A DNA stretch of 64,000 nucleotides from Candidatus Omnitrophota bacterium (lineage in GTDB: Bacteria > Omnitrophota > Gorgyraeia > 2-01-FULL-45-10), in assembly GCA_026387175.1 (NCBI GenBank), contig JAPLME010000003.1:41178-105177 (forward strand), in the 5' to 3' direction. Made by a program: the position numbers and the translations under genes. The notes under the pieces are model-generated. The model was not told where the DNA came from and did not search any database. It worked only from the letters and a program-made list of their open reading frames with translations. Each line of letters starts with the position of its first letter. The stretch's first letter is position 1. This document shows, piece by piece, positions 17,457 to 29,827 of this stretch.

Positions 17457-18566
17457 TTATCTCTTCCATATCCCTTCGAGGTTATAACCGCAATAATTAC
17501 ACTTTCCATCTTTGATGCCGTCCGTCCACACCTGATAACCCAGCCTCTTTATGACGAGTTTTCCGCAAGAAGGGCAGTATGTATTTTCATGCTCGTTGCC
17601 GGGGACGTTGCCGATGTAAACATATTTCAGCCCCTCTTCCTTGGCTATCCGGTACGCCTCTTCCAGCTTCTCCACCGGTGTGGGCGGAAGATTCTGTAAT
17701 TTAAACGACGGCATGAACCTGCTGAAATGAAGCGGCACGCTCGAGCCCAGATTATCTTTTATCCACCGGCACATCGCCCTGATCTCTTTCGGGTCATCGT
17801 TCTGGCCGGGTATTATAAGGTTTGTGATCTCGAGCCACACCCCCTCATTCCTGATCGTCTTTAACGTCTCAAGCACCGGAGCCAATTCTGCCATAGCGCC
17901 CATCCTGCGATAAAAATCGGGATTAAACCCTTTCAGGTCGATATTGACGGCATCCATATACTTCAGAAGCTCTTTAAGCGGTTCCTGATTTATATAACCG
18001 CAGGAATGCATTCCATTCTTAAGCCCCCTGGCACGGGCAAGCTTGGCGATATCGAGCATGTACTCATAGAAGACGGTGGGTTCCGTGTAAGTGTAGACGA
18101 TGAGCGGCGAACGCGACTTAATAGCCTCATCCACCACTTTCTCGGGAGGAAGATCGTATGCGGTAACCTCATCGGGTTTTGATTGGGATATCTGCCAGTT
18201 CTGGCAGAACAAGCATCTCATATTGCATCCGGCAACCGCCAGTGAAAAAGCGCTCTCTCCCGGCAGGACATGAAAGAAAGGCTTCTTCTCGATCGGATCG
18301 ACATGCACCGCCACGGGATTGCCGTATCCCAGAGTGTAAAGCGTCCCATCCTTATTTACGCGTACGGTGCAGAAGCCCCTCTGCCCTACGTCGAGAACGC
18401 ATCTGCGCGGGCATAAGGCACATTGGACTATTTTATCCTTAACCTTGTTCCAGTAACTTGCGATGTGAGGTGCGTGACTTGAAAGTTCCTGGGCGGCATA
18501 CGAAATATTTACTGCGGGAATTACGACTAAAGATACGATGAGCGCAACCGGTATCACTCTTCTCAT
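17457..18566 (-). CDS. amrS: AmmeMemoRadiSam system radical SAM enzyme
   Basis: VQCALCPRRC, DPIEKKPFFH, GCNMRCLFCQNWQISQ, YTYTEP, NTYCPSCG. Confidence 0.92.
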   Translation of the reverse strand: MRRVIPVALIVSLVVIPAVNISYAAQELSSHAPHIASYWNKVKDKIVQCALCPRRCVLDVGQRGFCTVRVNKDGTLYTLGYGNPVAVHVDPIEKKPFFHVLPGESAFSLAVAGCNMRCLFCQNWQISQSKPDEVTAYDLPPEKVVDEAIKSRSPLIVYTYTEPTVFYEYMLDIAKLARARGLKNGMHSCGYINQEPLKELLKYMDAVNIDLKGFNPDFYRRMGAMAELAPVLETLKTIRNEGVWLEITNLIIPGQNDDPKEIRAMCRWIKDNLGSSVPLHFSRFMPSFKLQNLPPTPVEKLEEAYRIAKEEGLKYVYIGNVPGNEHENTYCPSCGKLVIKRLGYQVWTDGIKDGKCNYCGYNLEGIWKR

Positions 18567-18585
18567 GATCGATCTCTCCGACAGG

Positions 18586-20268
18586 TTATTTTATATCGAG
18601 CAGCTCGAGCTGAATGGACTGGACGCCCTGCCAGTCATTGATGGACGGCACATAAGCTAAATCCGCTTTCTGGCCCGCCTCGGGCATATCGAACTTGTCC
18701 TTATTGAAGGTGATGGCTTCGCAGGTGATCTGTCCGTCGGTCACCCAGATCTTAAAACCCTTCTTTCCTATGGGGCGGGGGCCGTCCTTTATGGTGAGCT
18801 TACGGGAGACCAGCACCGGACGGGGGTTCTCTTCTCCGAATGGGGCGAGAGAGTCTATCTCTTTTATAACGCCCTCGTTCAAGCTGCTGAGCGGGAGATC
18901 CATATCCACATCGAGTTTTTCGCTGAATATGGATTCATCGGCGTCCTTTGCCGCCTCGGCATTTATCTTCTCCCTGAAACCGTCGATATTCTCTTTATCT
19001 ATCGTTATCCCGCAAGCCCCCTCGTGCCCGCCGAAGCCCGCCAGGTAATCCTTGCACCTCAATAGGTATTCGAAGAGATGAAAATGCTCTATACTGCGGC
19101 CCGAACCCTTCCCGAGTTTTCCGTCGAGCGATATCACAATGGCCGGGCGATAAAAGAGGTCCGATATGCGCGAAGCCACTATCCCGATTACGCCGGGATG
19201 CCAATTTTCGCCCGCGAGGACTATTATGCGGTGGTCCTTAAAATTAACTTCCCTTTCGACTTTCGCGAGGGCCTCTTCAAGTATTTTCGCTTCTATCTTC
19301 CGGCGGTTCCTGTTCTCCGTCTCCAGCACCTTAGCAAGCTTTACGGCTTCTTCAGCATTATCGCTAAGCAGGAGATCGAGCGCCTTCTGGGGCGAGCCTA
19401 TGCGGCCCATGGCATTGATCCTGGGGCCGAGCACAAATCCGATATGCCCGCTGGAGATATCCTTCGTGCCGAGCCCCGCGACATCCATCAGGGCCTTCAG
19501 GCCCGTGCGGCTGCGTGTGGTCAACTCGACCAGGCCATGTTTAGTGAGCGTCCTGTTCTCGCCCAGGAGCTGGGCAATATCCGCTACGGTGCCAAGCGCC
19601 ACCAGGTCGAGAAAGTCCTCGGCGAAATGCGGTGTCCCCTCATACAGAGCTTTTACTAATTTATACGCGATACCTACACCGGCCAGGTGCTTGAACGGAT
19701 ATTTGCAATCACTCTGAAGGGCGTTTATGACGGCCAGGGCCGCGGGCACACGGTCTTCCAATATCTCATGGTGGTCCGTGATTATAACGTCTATATCCAG
19801 CATCTTGGCATGATCTACCTCTTTAAATGAGGTTATACCGCAATCAACGGTGATTATGAGCGTTACGCCGTTATTATGCGCTCTTTTTATAGCCGCGTTA
19901 TTTAACCCATACCCCTCCTCAACGCGATTCGGGATATATGTATCGATTATAGCGCCGAGATTCTTAAGTGCTGAATAGACTATAGCGACGCTCGTCATTC
20001 CGTCCACGTCGTAATCGCCATAGACGAGGATCTTCTCTTTTTTTGAGATCGCCTTCTTTATGCGCAATACCGCCTTGTCCATATCTTTGAAAAGGAACGG
20101 GTCATGGCAGGACGCGAGCGATGAATTCATAAACTCTGAGGCGCTCTCTATATCATCTATGCCCCGGTTTACCAGTAACTGCGCTGTGACTTTCGATATA
20201 TTGAGGTGCTCTGAAAGGCTATTTTGCAGCGAGGGATGGTGATCTTTTATCCGCCATGTTTTTCGCAT
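18586..20268 (-). CDS. recJ: ssDNA exonuclease RecJ
   Basis: YGDYDVDG, TVDCG, TDHH, PRINAMGR, GGH. Confidence 0.96.
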   Translation of the reverse strand: MRKTWRIKDHHPSLQNSLSEHLNISKVTAQLLVNRGIDDIESASEFMNSSLASCHDPFLFKDMDKAVLRIKKAISKKEKILVYGDYDVDGMTSVAIVYSALKNLGAIIDTYIPNRVEEGYGLNNAAIKRAHNNGVTLIITVDCGITSFKEVDHAKMLDIDVIITDHHEILEDRVPAALAVINALQSDCKYPFKHLAGVGIAYKLVKALYEGTPHFAEDFLDLVALGTVADIAQLLGENRTLTKHGLVELTTRSRTGLKALMDVAGLGTKDISSGHIGFVLGPRINAMGRIGSPQKALDLLLSDNAEEAVKLAKVLETENRNRRKIEAKILEEALAKVEREVNFKDHRIIVLAGENWHPGVIGIVASRISDLFYRPAIVISLDGKLGKGSGRSIEHFHLFEYLLRCKDYLAGFGGHEGACGITIDKENIDGFREKINAEAAKDADESIFSEKLDVDMDLPLSSLNEGVIKEIDSLAPFGEENPRPVLVSRKLTIKDGPRPIGKKGFKIWVTDGQITCEAITFNKDKFDMPEAGQKADLAYVPSINDWQGVQSIQLELLDIK

Positions 20269-20271
20269 AAA

Positions 20272-21159
20272 CTATTTTGCTTTAGGCTCTATATGCACCA
20301 GCACATCCGTAGTTTCCGGGATATTTTTCTTAAGGGCCGCTTCTACGGCGTAACAGACTTTATGGGCATCTTCGATCTTCATGGCCGCTTCGACCTCCAC
20401 GTGCAGATCTATGCAAATGTCATCCGGCCGTCCGCGCGTCCTTATCTTATGACAAGCCTTGACGCCTTTTACGGCCATCACTATCGACACTATCTTCTCG
20501 GAATCCGCTATCGCTACCGTATCGCATAATATCTTGGAAGCATCTTTAATTATCTCGAATACCGCGTATCCGATAAATATCGCAATGACAAATGTCGCTA
20601 TAGGGTCGATTATCGGGAAGCCCAACTTTATGCCTATCAATGCCACTATAACCGCTAGCGACGTATAGATGTCGGCCCTGGTATGCATTGAATCCGCGAC
20701 AAGCATATCGCTGCGCAGCTCTTTGCCCTGTTTATATTCATATTTCACTACCAGGGTATTTACCGCGATCGTGACAATCATCACTATAAAGCTTATCAGG
20801 TTCACCTGCGGCACTAATGGATGGAAGAAGCGTACGAAGCTCTCCCTTATCAGACTAAAGCATACCAGCATGAGAAGCGCTGCTATGCCCAGAGAGAAGA
20901 ACGTCTCGTATTTTTTGTGGCCGTAAGGATGGTCTTCATCCACAGGCCTGGCGGACAAGGCTATGCCTATAAGGCCTATTATATTAGAGGTACCGTCGGA
21001 CAGAGAATGGAAGCCGTCGGCCGTCATACTCTGACAGCGCGTCAGAAAGCCGATCAGCATCTTCGCCACCGCCACTGCCCAGTTCAATATCAGTACTATT
21101 ATCAGGACCCAGCGGATGCGATTGAAATTATTTTTACCGATTCGTTCTGTTTTTCCCAT
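20272..21159 (-). CDS. Cation diffusion facilitator transporter
   Basis: ADGFHSLSD, HPYGH, DSMHTRAD, VHIEP. Confidence 0.93.
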   Translation of the reverse strand: MGKTERIGKNNFNRIRWVLIIVLILNWAVAVAKMLIGFLTRCQSMTADGFHSLSDGTSNIIGLIGIALSARPVDEDHPYGHKKYETFFSLGIAALLMLVCFSLIRESFVRFFHPLVPQVNLISFIVMIVTIAVNTLVVKYEYKQGKELRSDMLVADSMHTRADIYTSLAVIVALIGIKLGFPIIDPIATFVIAIFIGYAVFEIIKDASKILCDTVAIADSEKIVSIVMAVKGVKACHKIRTRGRPDDICIDLHVEVEAAMKIEDAHKVCYAVEAALKKNIPETTDVLVHIEPKAK

Positions 21160-21171
21160 GAAGAGTAACCT

Positions 21172-23403
21172 TTACTTCTTTTTTAATATCCTGACATGAT
21201 GCCATGATATTACCATGGGGCTAGCGATGTAAACGGTCGAATAGACTCCCGTAAGGAAGCCGACGAATATGCAGAACGAGAAGTTGTTCAGCACTTCGCC
21301 GCCGAAAACAAGGAGCGCCACCACCGCGAGCATCGTAACGCCGGTAGTGAGCACGGTCCTGCCCAGCATCTGGTTAACACTTAAGTTTACAATGTCGCTA
21401 AAGGTTCCTTTTTTGACAATACGCAAGTTCTCCCTTATCCTGTCATAGATAACGACGGTGTCGTTGATGGAATATCCGGCAATGGTAAGGAGCGCCGCAA
21501 CTATGGTAAGGTCAAATTGTCTGTGCGTAAATGCCATGGCGCCTATCGCGACAAATACGTCATGTATAAGCGCTATTACGCCAGCTATTCCGTATTTTAG
21601 ATCAAACCTGAACATAACATAGATCGCTATGCCGGCAAGCCCCAGGCAAAGACTTATCAGTGCGTTCTGTCTTAAGTTCCTGCCAACAGCCGGACCGACA
21701 CTTTCAACCTTCAACACCTGAAAGGCGTTATCCTTCAGCTCCTCCTTGAACGCATTGTTCATCTTCGTCGAAATATTCTCCTGTGTCCTTATTATGACCT
21801 CCCGCGGATTACCAAATTGCTGTATGGACGCGTCTCCGTGTCCTATGCCTTTCAATACACGCCTGACATCATCCATCTTCACCGGTTTATCGAACATCAA
21901 CTGCTCCAACGTCCCGCCCGAGAAGTCTACACCATAATTTTTATCGCCGCGCATCGCAAAGAGCACGATACCGCCTATGATAAATACTGCCGAAAAGATA
22001 TAGCATATCCTTCTCTTGCCGATAAAGTCTATCTTGGTCTCGGGAAAGAGCTGTAAAAATTTGAGTTTCATCAGATTGAACTGGTCGCACATCACTTCGA
22101 ATATGACCCGCGTGCACGTCACTGCTGTAAAGAGGTTTGCTATGAGGCCTATTGTAAGCGTAACGGCGAAACCTCTTATTGGGCCGGTTCCAAACTTGAA
22201 TATGAGAGCCGCCGCGACTATAGTCGTTAAGTTAGAGTCAACGATCGCGGAGAGCGCCCTGTGGTAGCCGGAGGCTATCGCGGCACGAAGAGTTTTGCCG
22301 AGCTTCAATTCCTCACGTATACGTTCATACACAAGGACGTTAGCGTCAACGGACATACCTATGGTCAATATCAAGCCCGCGATGCCGGGGAGTGTCAATG
22401 TCCCTTTAAATAGCGAAAGCGCCGCCAGTATGATAAGCACGTTCAATACCAGCGCCATATCGGCAACCACTCCCGCCAGGCGATAGTAGAATATCATAAA
22501 ACCCACAACAAGCAGAGTGCCGATGATCGCCGCCTTCATACCGCTCTTTACAGAGTCCGCTCCAAGCAGCGGCCCGACAGTCCTCTCCTCTTCCACCACT
22601 ACAGGCGCCGGCAGAGCGCCGGCCCTCAGGATAACGGAAAGGTCGTTGGCTTCGTTCACGGAGAAATTGCCGCTGATCTGGGCCTGGCCCGAAGGGATCG
22701 CTTCGCGTATAACAGGAGCCGATACCACCTTACCATCGAGAACTATCGCCAGCCTCTTCCCCACATTCGTTGCTGTCACATTCGCGAAGAGCTCCGCGCC
22801 CTTCGAGTTCAATGTGATCGATACGTAAGGCTCGCCAAAACCTCTCGAGCTGAATTCGGTCTTCGCGTTCACCAGAAGATCACCTGTAAGGCTGGCGTCT
22901 TTTGCAATAAGAAGGGGCTCTCTTCCGGCGCGCTCTCCTTCCAGATACTTGAGCTCATACCCTTCAACGGATTCTTTCGCGATAGCCTTCTTAAGGTCCT
23001 CGACATTGTCCGAGACTATCTTAAATTCAAGGTGCGCGGTCTTACCTATGATCTCAAGCGCACGCTCCCTGTCGGTGACTCCGGGGAGCTGAACTATGAG
23101 ATTATCTTTACCCGATCTCTGGATCGCCATCTCTCCCACACCGAACTGGTCTACCCTGTTCCGTATGATCTCCATGGCCCTGTCGATCGCGTCTTTTCTT
23201 GTTTCAAGAGGAAGCTTTGAAGTGTCGACCTTAAGCAGGACATGCATACCACCCTGTAAGTCAAGGCCGAGGTTTATTTTACCTTTTTGAATTAGCTGGC
23301 CGTCTTTATCCTTTATCGCAAAGGGAGGCCATATAAGATATATACATGCCGCGGTGATCGCTATTATTCCCAGCAGTTTCCACTGAAGACCTCTATTCAT
23401 CAC
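21172..23403 (-). CDS. secDF: Fused protein translocase SecDF
   Basis: LGLDLQGG, GMSVDANV (SecD); GVDFSGG, GYSINDTVVIYDRIRE (SecF). Confidence 0.96.
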   Translation of the reverse strand: MMNRGLQWKLLGIIAITAACIYLIWPPFAIKDKDGQLIQKGKINLGLDLQGGMHVLLKVDTSKLPLETRKDAIDRAMEIIRNRVDQFGVGEMAIQRSGKDNLIVQLPGVTDRERALEIIGKTAHLEFKIVSDNVEDLKKAIAKESVEGYELKYLEGERAGREPLLIAKDASLTGDLLVNAKTEFSSRGFGEPYVSITLNSKGAELFANVTATNVGKRLAIVLDGKVVSAPVIREAIPSGQAQISGNFSVNEANDLSVILRAGALPAPVVVEEERTVGPLLGADSVKSGMKAAIIGTLLVVGFMIFYYRLAGVVADMALVLNVLIILAALSLFKGTLTLPGIAGLILTIGMSVDANVLVYERIREELKLGKTLRAAIASGYHRALSAIVDSNLTTIVAAALIFKFGTGPIRGFAVTLTIGLIANLFTAVTCTRVIFEVMCDQFNLMKLKFLQLFPETKIDFIGKRRICYIFSAVFIIGGIVLFAMRGDKNYGVDFSGGTLEQLMFDKPVKMDDVRRVLKGIGHGDASIQQFGNPREVIIRTQENISTKMNNAFKEELKDNAFQVLKVESVGPAVGRNLRQNALISLCLGLAGIAIYVMFRFDLKYGIAGVIALIHDVFVAIGAMAFTHRQFDLTIVAALLTIAGYSINDTVVIYDRIRENLRIVKKGTFSDIVNLSVNQMLGRTVLTTGVTMLAVVALLVFGGEVLNNFSFCIFVGFLTGVYSTVYIASPMVISWHHVRILKKK

Positions 23404-23428
23404 TATCCTCCTGTATAAGTATAATGTT

Positions 23429-23701
23429 TTATTCCGAAGCTTTGCGCTTTATGGAAGCGACACTCGTTTTCTGGACCTCTACTTTTACATTGTCGTCCAC
23501 TTTCAAGGTAATGGTGGACTCCTTTACATTGGCTATTATGCCATGAATGCCACCGGACGTTATTATCTCATCATTCTTCTTCAGGCTCGCTATCATCTTC
23601 CTATGATCGTCCTGCGCCTTTTTCTGCGGGCGGATCAGAAGAAAGTAGAACACGACAAATATTAGAATGATCGCTATCAACTGCGATTGTACCGGATTCA
23701 T
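23429..23701 (-). CDS. yajC: Preprotein translocase subunit YajC
   Basis: FYFLLIRPQKK, ITSGGIHG. Confidence 0.95.
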   Translation of the reverse strand: MNPVQSQLIAIILIFVVFYFLLIRPQKKAQDDHRKMIASLKKNDEIITSGGIHGIIANVKESTITLKVDDNVKVEVQKTSVASIKRKASE

Positions 23702-23710
23702 CTATGCGCT

Positions 23711-25893
<2,183 letters not shown>

Positions 25894-25943
25894 TCTTTCC
25901 TCAAAATCTCTCGTTACAGTTAAGGTGTATTCGAATCATAGTC

Positions 25944-26229
25944 TATACCTGACCCGAAGTTATGGTTCGCACTGAAAATATTTCCCCGAACCTTAACTGC
26001 AGGGCCGGCCTTTTGTTCAGCAGAAAAAGGGGAGCCTGCGGAACTCGGCCACCATAGGCGGCCTCAAATCCGCCTACGGTATTACTACTGCGTATTCCGC
26101 TTACAGTATCTATTATGACTAACTCCTCTTATCTATTGCGGACATCCTCGGCTCTTTTTAACCCTTTTTCCGCTTCTCAAAAAACCTAATATTTTCAATG
26201 TACTCACCTATAACTTCGGTTCAGGTATA
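25944..26229. mobile_element. MITE-like 286-bp element with terminal inverted repeats
   Basis: TATACCTGA(C/A)CCGAAGTTAT at both ends, inverted; further imperfect pairing inward (GAAAATATT, GAAAAAGGG); no ORF in the track. Confidence 0.55.
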
Positions 26230-26266
26230 ATCACTGTTCCAATCTCACTCTCTACTATCCACTATA

Positions 26267-26469
26267 GAGATTTTTCGACTTCATCAGATGGCGGAACCTT
26301 GACAGGGCACCTGAAGCGACTGTCGTGCAAAATGCGATACCTTAAGGCGATATAGGCTTTATCATCGCATTTTCACCACAGCAAATTTCCATGCCTAATG
26401 GAAATTTGCGACAAGCGAAAGGTGCCCTGACAAGGTAACCGCCGGACTGGTGATGAGCCGAAAAATCTC
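26267..26469. other. 203-bp highly self-complementary element (MITE or structured RNA)
   Basis: GAGATTTTTCG..CGAAAAATCTC, ACCTTGACAGGGCACCT..AGGTGCCCTGACAAGGT, plus inner hairpins AAAATGCGAT..ATCGCATTTT and GCAAATTTCCAT..ATGGAAATTTGC. Confidence 0.6.
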
Positions 26470-26473
26470 GCCC

Positions 26474-27574
26474 TCAGAAAGTGGAACGTCTCATACCGAC
26501 ATTAAGCAGTAGGCCGACTGCGACAAGGGTCGCGAGAAGGCTCGATCCCCCGTAACTGACAAGCGGAAGAGGAATCCCCACTACAGGCATTAGCCCTATG
26601 GTCATTCCGATATTTATAATGACCTGCAGGCTCAAAAGCACCGCAATACCTGTGGCTATGCACTTCCCGTATCTGTCGCTCGTCAGATTTCCTATATTGA
26701 ATGCCCGATGCACAATAAAGAGATATAATAAAATTAGCGCGAGCGCGCCTAAAAATCCCCACTCTTCGCCTATGACCGAAAATATGAAATCCGTGTGCCT
26801 CTCTGGGATGAAATTGAGCTGATTCTGTGTTCCGTTGAGCCAGCCTTTGCCGATGAGCCCGCCCGAGCCCACCGCTATCTTAGACTGTATTATCGTGTAG
26901 CCCGCGCCCAGCGGATCGACGTTCGGATTTATGAATACGAGGAGCCTCTGCTTCTGGTAATCGCGTAAAAAATGCCAGAATACAGGCATACATGCCAGTC
27001 CAAGCAATATCGCCCATATAAGATATTTGGGCTTCGCCCCTCCGACAAGAAGTATCGCGAAGAATACCGGCACCAGAAGAAGCGCTGTGCCCAGATCCGG
27101 CTGCAATAAAACGAGCACAAACGGCACGGCAAATAGAATGAACGGTATTATTAAGCTTTCAAGCGATTCCATCGCGCCCTTCTTCTGTCCCACATAAGAC
27201 GAAAGCGCCAATATAAAACTTATCTTCATGAATTCAGACGGCTGAAAAGCAAATCCCCCTATCGAAAACCATCTCTGAGCGCCCAGCCTGATGTGGCCCA
27301 TTATAAGAACCAGCACAAGCAGCAAGATGTTGATTATGTATAATACATACGCGATATCCAAAATCTTATGATACGAGACCCTGATCGTTACCGCAAGGAA
27401 CAAGATACCGATACCCAGCCATGTAAGTTGTCTAAAAGCATAGCCTTCGTGTAAGGTAAGATTTTTCGCTTGAGTCGCGCTGTGGATGGCAAGAAGACCT
27501 ATCAGAAATATAACAAATGCCAGCGTAAGAAGGATCGCGTCAAAGTCTTTATATTTTCTTTTATCAATTATCAT
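26474..27574 (-). CDS. rodA: Rod shape-determining protein RodA
   Basis: GAQRW, QPSEFMK, QPDLGT, PERHTDFIFS, SYGGSS; follows mrdA. Confidence 0.95.
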   Translation of the reverse strand: MIIDKRKYKDFDAILLTLAFVIFLIGLLAIHSATQAKNLTLHEGYAFRQLTWLGIGILFLAVTIRVSYHKILDIAYVLYIINILLLVLVLIMGHIRLGAQRWFSIGGFAFQPSEFMKISFILALSSYVGQKKGAMESLESLIIPFILFAVPFVLVLLQPDLGTALLLVPVFFAILLVGGAKPKYLIWAILLGLACMPVFWHFLRDYQKQRLLVFINPNVDPLGAGYTIIQSKIAVGSGGLIGKGWLNGTQNQLNFIPERHTDFIFSVIGEEWGFLGALALILLYLFIVHRAFNIGNLTSDRYGKCIATGIAVLLSLQVIINIGMTIGLMPVVGIPLPLVSYGGSSLLATLVAVGLLLNVGMRRSTF

Positions 27575-29292
27575 AGATAGCCCCTCTGCTTAGCCTCCGC
27601 GAATATTCCGCGCGCTATCTCGGCAGGCTCAAGGCCTCCTTTGCCGCCATGTTCCAGGAATACGACCAGGCATACCTTCGGGTCGTTGTAAGGCGCGAAC
27701 CCGCAAAACCACGCATGCGTGCGGCCCTGGGGATTCTGAGCCGTTCCCGTCTTTCCAGCTACTGTCGCCCCCTCAAGTTTGGCGCGCTTCGCGGTACCGG
27801 ACTCATTATTCACAGCCTCAAATAACCCCATCCTCACAACCTGAACCGTTTCGTCTTTCAACCCTATGCTTTTCGGTTTCTGATTTGGCAGGTCGCTCGA
27901 ACCTACGCGTCTTACAAGGCGCGGCCGTACGAGATTCCCATTATTCGCCATGACTGCGGCCATCTCCAACACCTGAATCGGGGTTACCGATAAATAACCC
28001 TGTCCGATAGCATAATTCAGCGTCTCACCTTCATACCATATGCCTCTTTTGTGGAAGAGCTTCCATTCTCTGCCCGGCGCTATCCCGCCGACTTCGTCCG
28101 TCAGGTCAATGCCGGTAGGTTTGCCGTAGCCAAAAAGTTTCGTATATGATTCCAGCCGGTCGACACCGAGGGCCCTTCCCGTGTTATAAAAAAATACGTT
28201 GCAGGAATTCTTTATGCCTTCCACTACATTCTGTGAACCGTGCCCTCCGTCTTTCCAGCAATTGAATTGCGAATGGCCCAGCTTATAAAAACCGGGACAA
28301 AAAAACCTCGTATAGCGCGTTATCTTGTTCTGTTCGAGCGCTGCGCTTGAGGTGACGATCTTAAAGACGGAGCCCGGAGGATAAAGTCCTGAGATCGCCT
28401 TATTCGACATCGGGCGTCCTGTCTTATCGTTTAAAAGCTTCATCCTCTCTTCGGATGTGCCGCGTTCAACGAACACATTCGGATCAAAAGTAGGATGACT
28501 TGCGAGAGCCAGTATATCGCCGTTACGAGGATCCATTACCACTATCGCGCCCTTGCGGTCCCCGAGCAGCTTATCGCACGCGATCTGCATGGAAAAATCT
28601 ATGGTAAGCTGCAGGTCCTGCCCGCTCGCCGGCTCTTTCAGGCCCAGGACCCGCGTCTGATGGCCCCTGCTGTCAACCTCTATTTGTGTCCCGCCGTCCA
28701 CCCCCCTTAAGGCACTCTCGTAATACTTTTCCAGGCCGGCTCTGCCTATAAGGTCCTTCATTCTATAGCCATAATCTTTCAATGTCTCAAGCTCATTATC
28801 GGTAACCTCACTCAGATATCCGAATATATGGCTTCCGAAATGCTTATGAAGATAGTTGCGCCTGGATCTCGTCTCGATAACAATGCCGCTCACATCAAAA
28901 CCGGCTTCCTCGAGAGCAAGCGCCTTCTCTTTGGGGATATCTTCGGCTATAGTCACAGGCTCGTAAGACCTTCCGCTGGCCTTCTCGAACGCATCCATGA
29001 TCTGGGCGCCCGAAAGCCCGAGCTGATCGCTCAAAAGGCTCATCAGCTTCTTGCGGTCCCCTATCTCCTGATAAATTATTGCCGCGTCGAAAGAGAGCCT
29101 GCTCGTGACCAGCGGCTGCCCTGTCCTGTCGAAGATATTGCCGCGCGGCCCCTCTATCGGTATCACCCGTATCGAATTATTTCTTGATAGCTTTGCATAA
29201 TACCCATACATCAGGATCTGATTATAAAAAAGTCCTATGATAATCAGAACAAATAGAAAAGACAGCGCTGATATAAGAAAGCGGTCTCTCAT
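27571..29292 (-). CDS. mrdA: Penicillin-binding protein 2
   Basis: PRGNIFDR, YPPGSVFK (SxxK), SCN, KTGTAQ. Confidence 0.95.
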   Translation of the reverse strand: MRDRFLISALSFLFVLIIIGLFYNQILMYGYYAKLSRNNSIRVIPIEGPRGNIFDRTGQPLVTSRLSFDAAIIYQEIGDRKKLMSLLSDQLGLSGAQIMDAFEKASGRSYEPVTIAEDIPKEKALALEEAGFDVSGIVIETRSRRNYLHKHFGSHIFGYLSEVTDNELETLKDYGYRMKDLIGRAGLEKYYESALRGVDGGTQIEVDSRGHQTRVLGLKEPASGQDLQLTIDFSMQIACDKLLGDRKGAIVVMDPRNGDILALASHPTFDPNVFVERGTSEERMKLLNDKTGRPMSNKAISGLYPPGSVFKIVTSSAALEQNKITRYTRFFCPGFYKLGHSQFNCWKDGGHGSQNVVEGIKNSCNVFFYNTGRALGVDRLESYTKLFGYGKPTGIDLTDEVGGIAPGREWKLFHKRGIWYEGETLNYAIGQGYLSVTPIQVLEMAAVMANNGNLVRPRLVRRVGSSDLPNQKPKSIGLKDETVQVVRMGLFEAVNNESGTAKRAKLEGATVAGKTGTAQNPQGRTHAWFCGFAPYNDPKVCLVVFLEHGGKGGLEPAEIARGIFAEAKQRGYL

Positions 29293-29314
29293 TCTGTCAG
29301 GACCTCACCAAAAC

Positions 29315-29827
29315 TCATAGATACTCCTCCGAGCCCCTGACCTTATAAACCTTCATCAGCTTAGAGAATACAGGGATAGAGATGATGGCCGTGTATATGC
29401 ATGTCGGTATAATAGAGCCGGCGAGATATTCGCTGAAGCTAAGGTAGATCCATTTTGAGAATATAGATACGATCATGAAGTGAAGTATCATGGAAAACGC
29501 TGTAAGAAGCACCACCAATAGGATCTGTGTTTTTTTAGACTCTCTTGAGAACCGGGCTCCAGCGAGGCCCGCGAGGTAACCGGTAATGGCAAAGACGAAA
29601 ACGTTGATCCCGAAGAAATCCAGCGCGAATAAGTCTTTAAAGAGACCCGCCGCAAAGCCTGATTCCAATCCGGTCCCCCGCCCCAGAAATAGCCCAAAAA
29701 ATATTACAATAATGAGAAGAAGGTCCGGTTTAACTCCTGATATTTTAATATAGTCCAGGACCGTCAGATGCAGGATAAGGGCCAGCGCCAGAATAAAGCA
29801 TATCTGAAGCCTGCTTATTTTATACAC
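29315..29827 (-). CDS. mreD: Rod shape-determining protein MreD
   Basis: KPDLLL, GLFKD, hydrophobic; located between mreC and mrdA. Confidence 0.88.
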   Translation of the reverse strand: MYKISRLQICFILALALILHLTVLDYIKISGVKPDLLLIIVIFFGLFLGRGTGLESGFAAGLFKDLFALDFFGINVFVFAITGYLAGLAGARFSRESKKTQILLVVLLTAFSMILHFMIVSIFSKWIYLSFSEYLAGSIIPTCIYTAIISIPVFSKLMKVYKVRGSEEYL

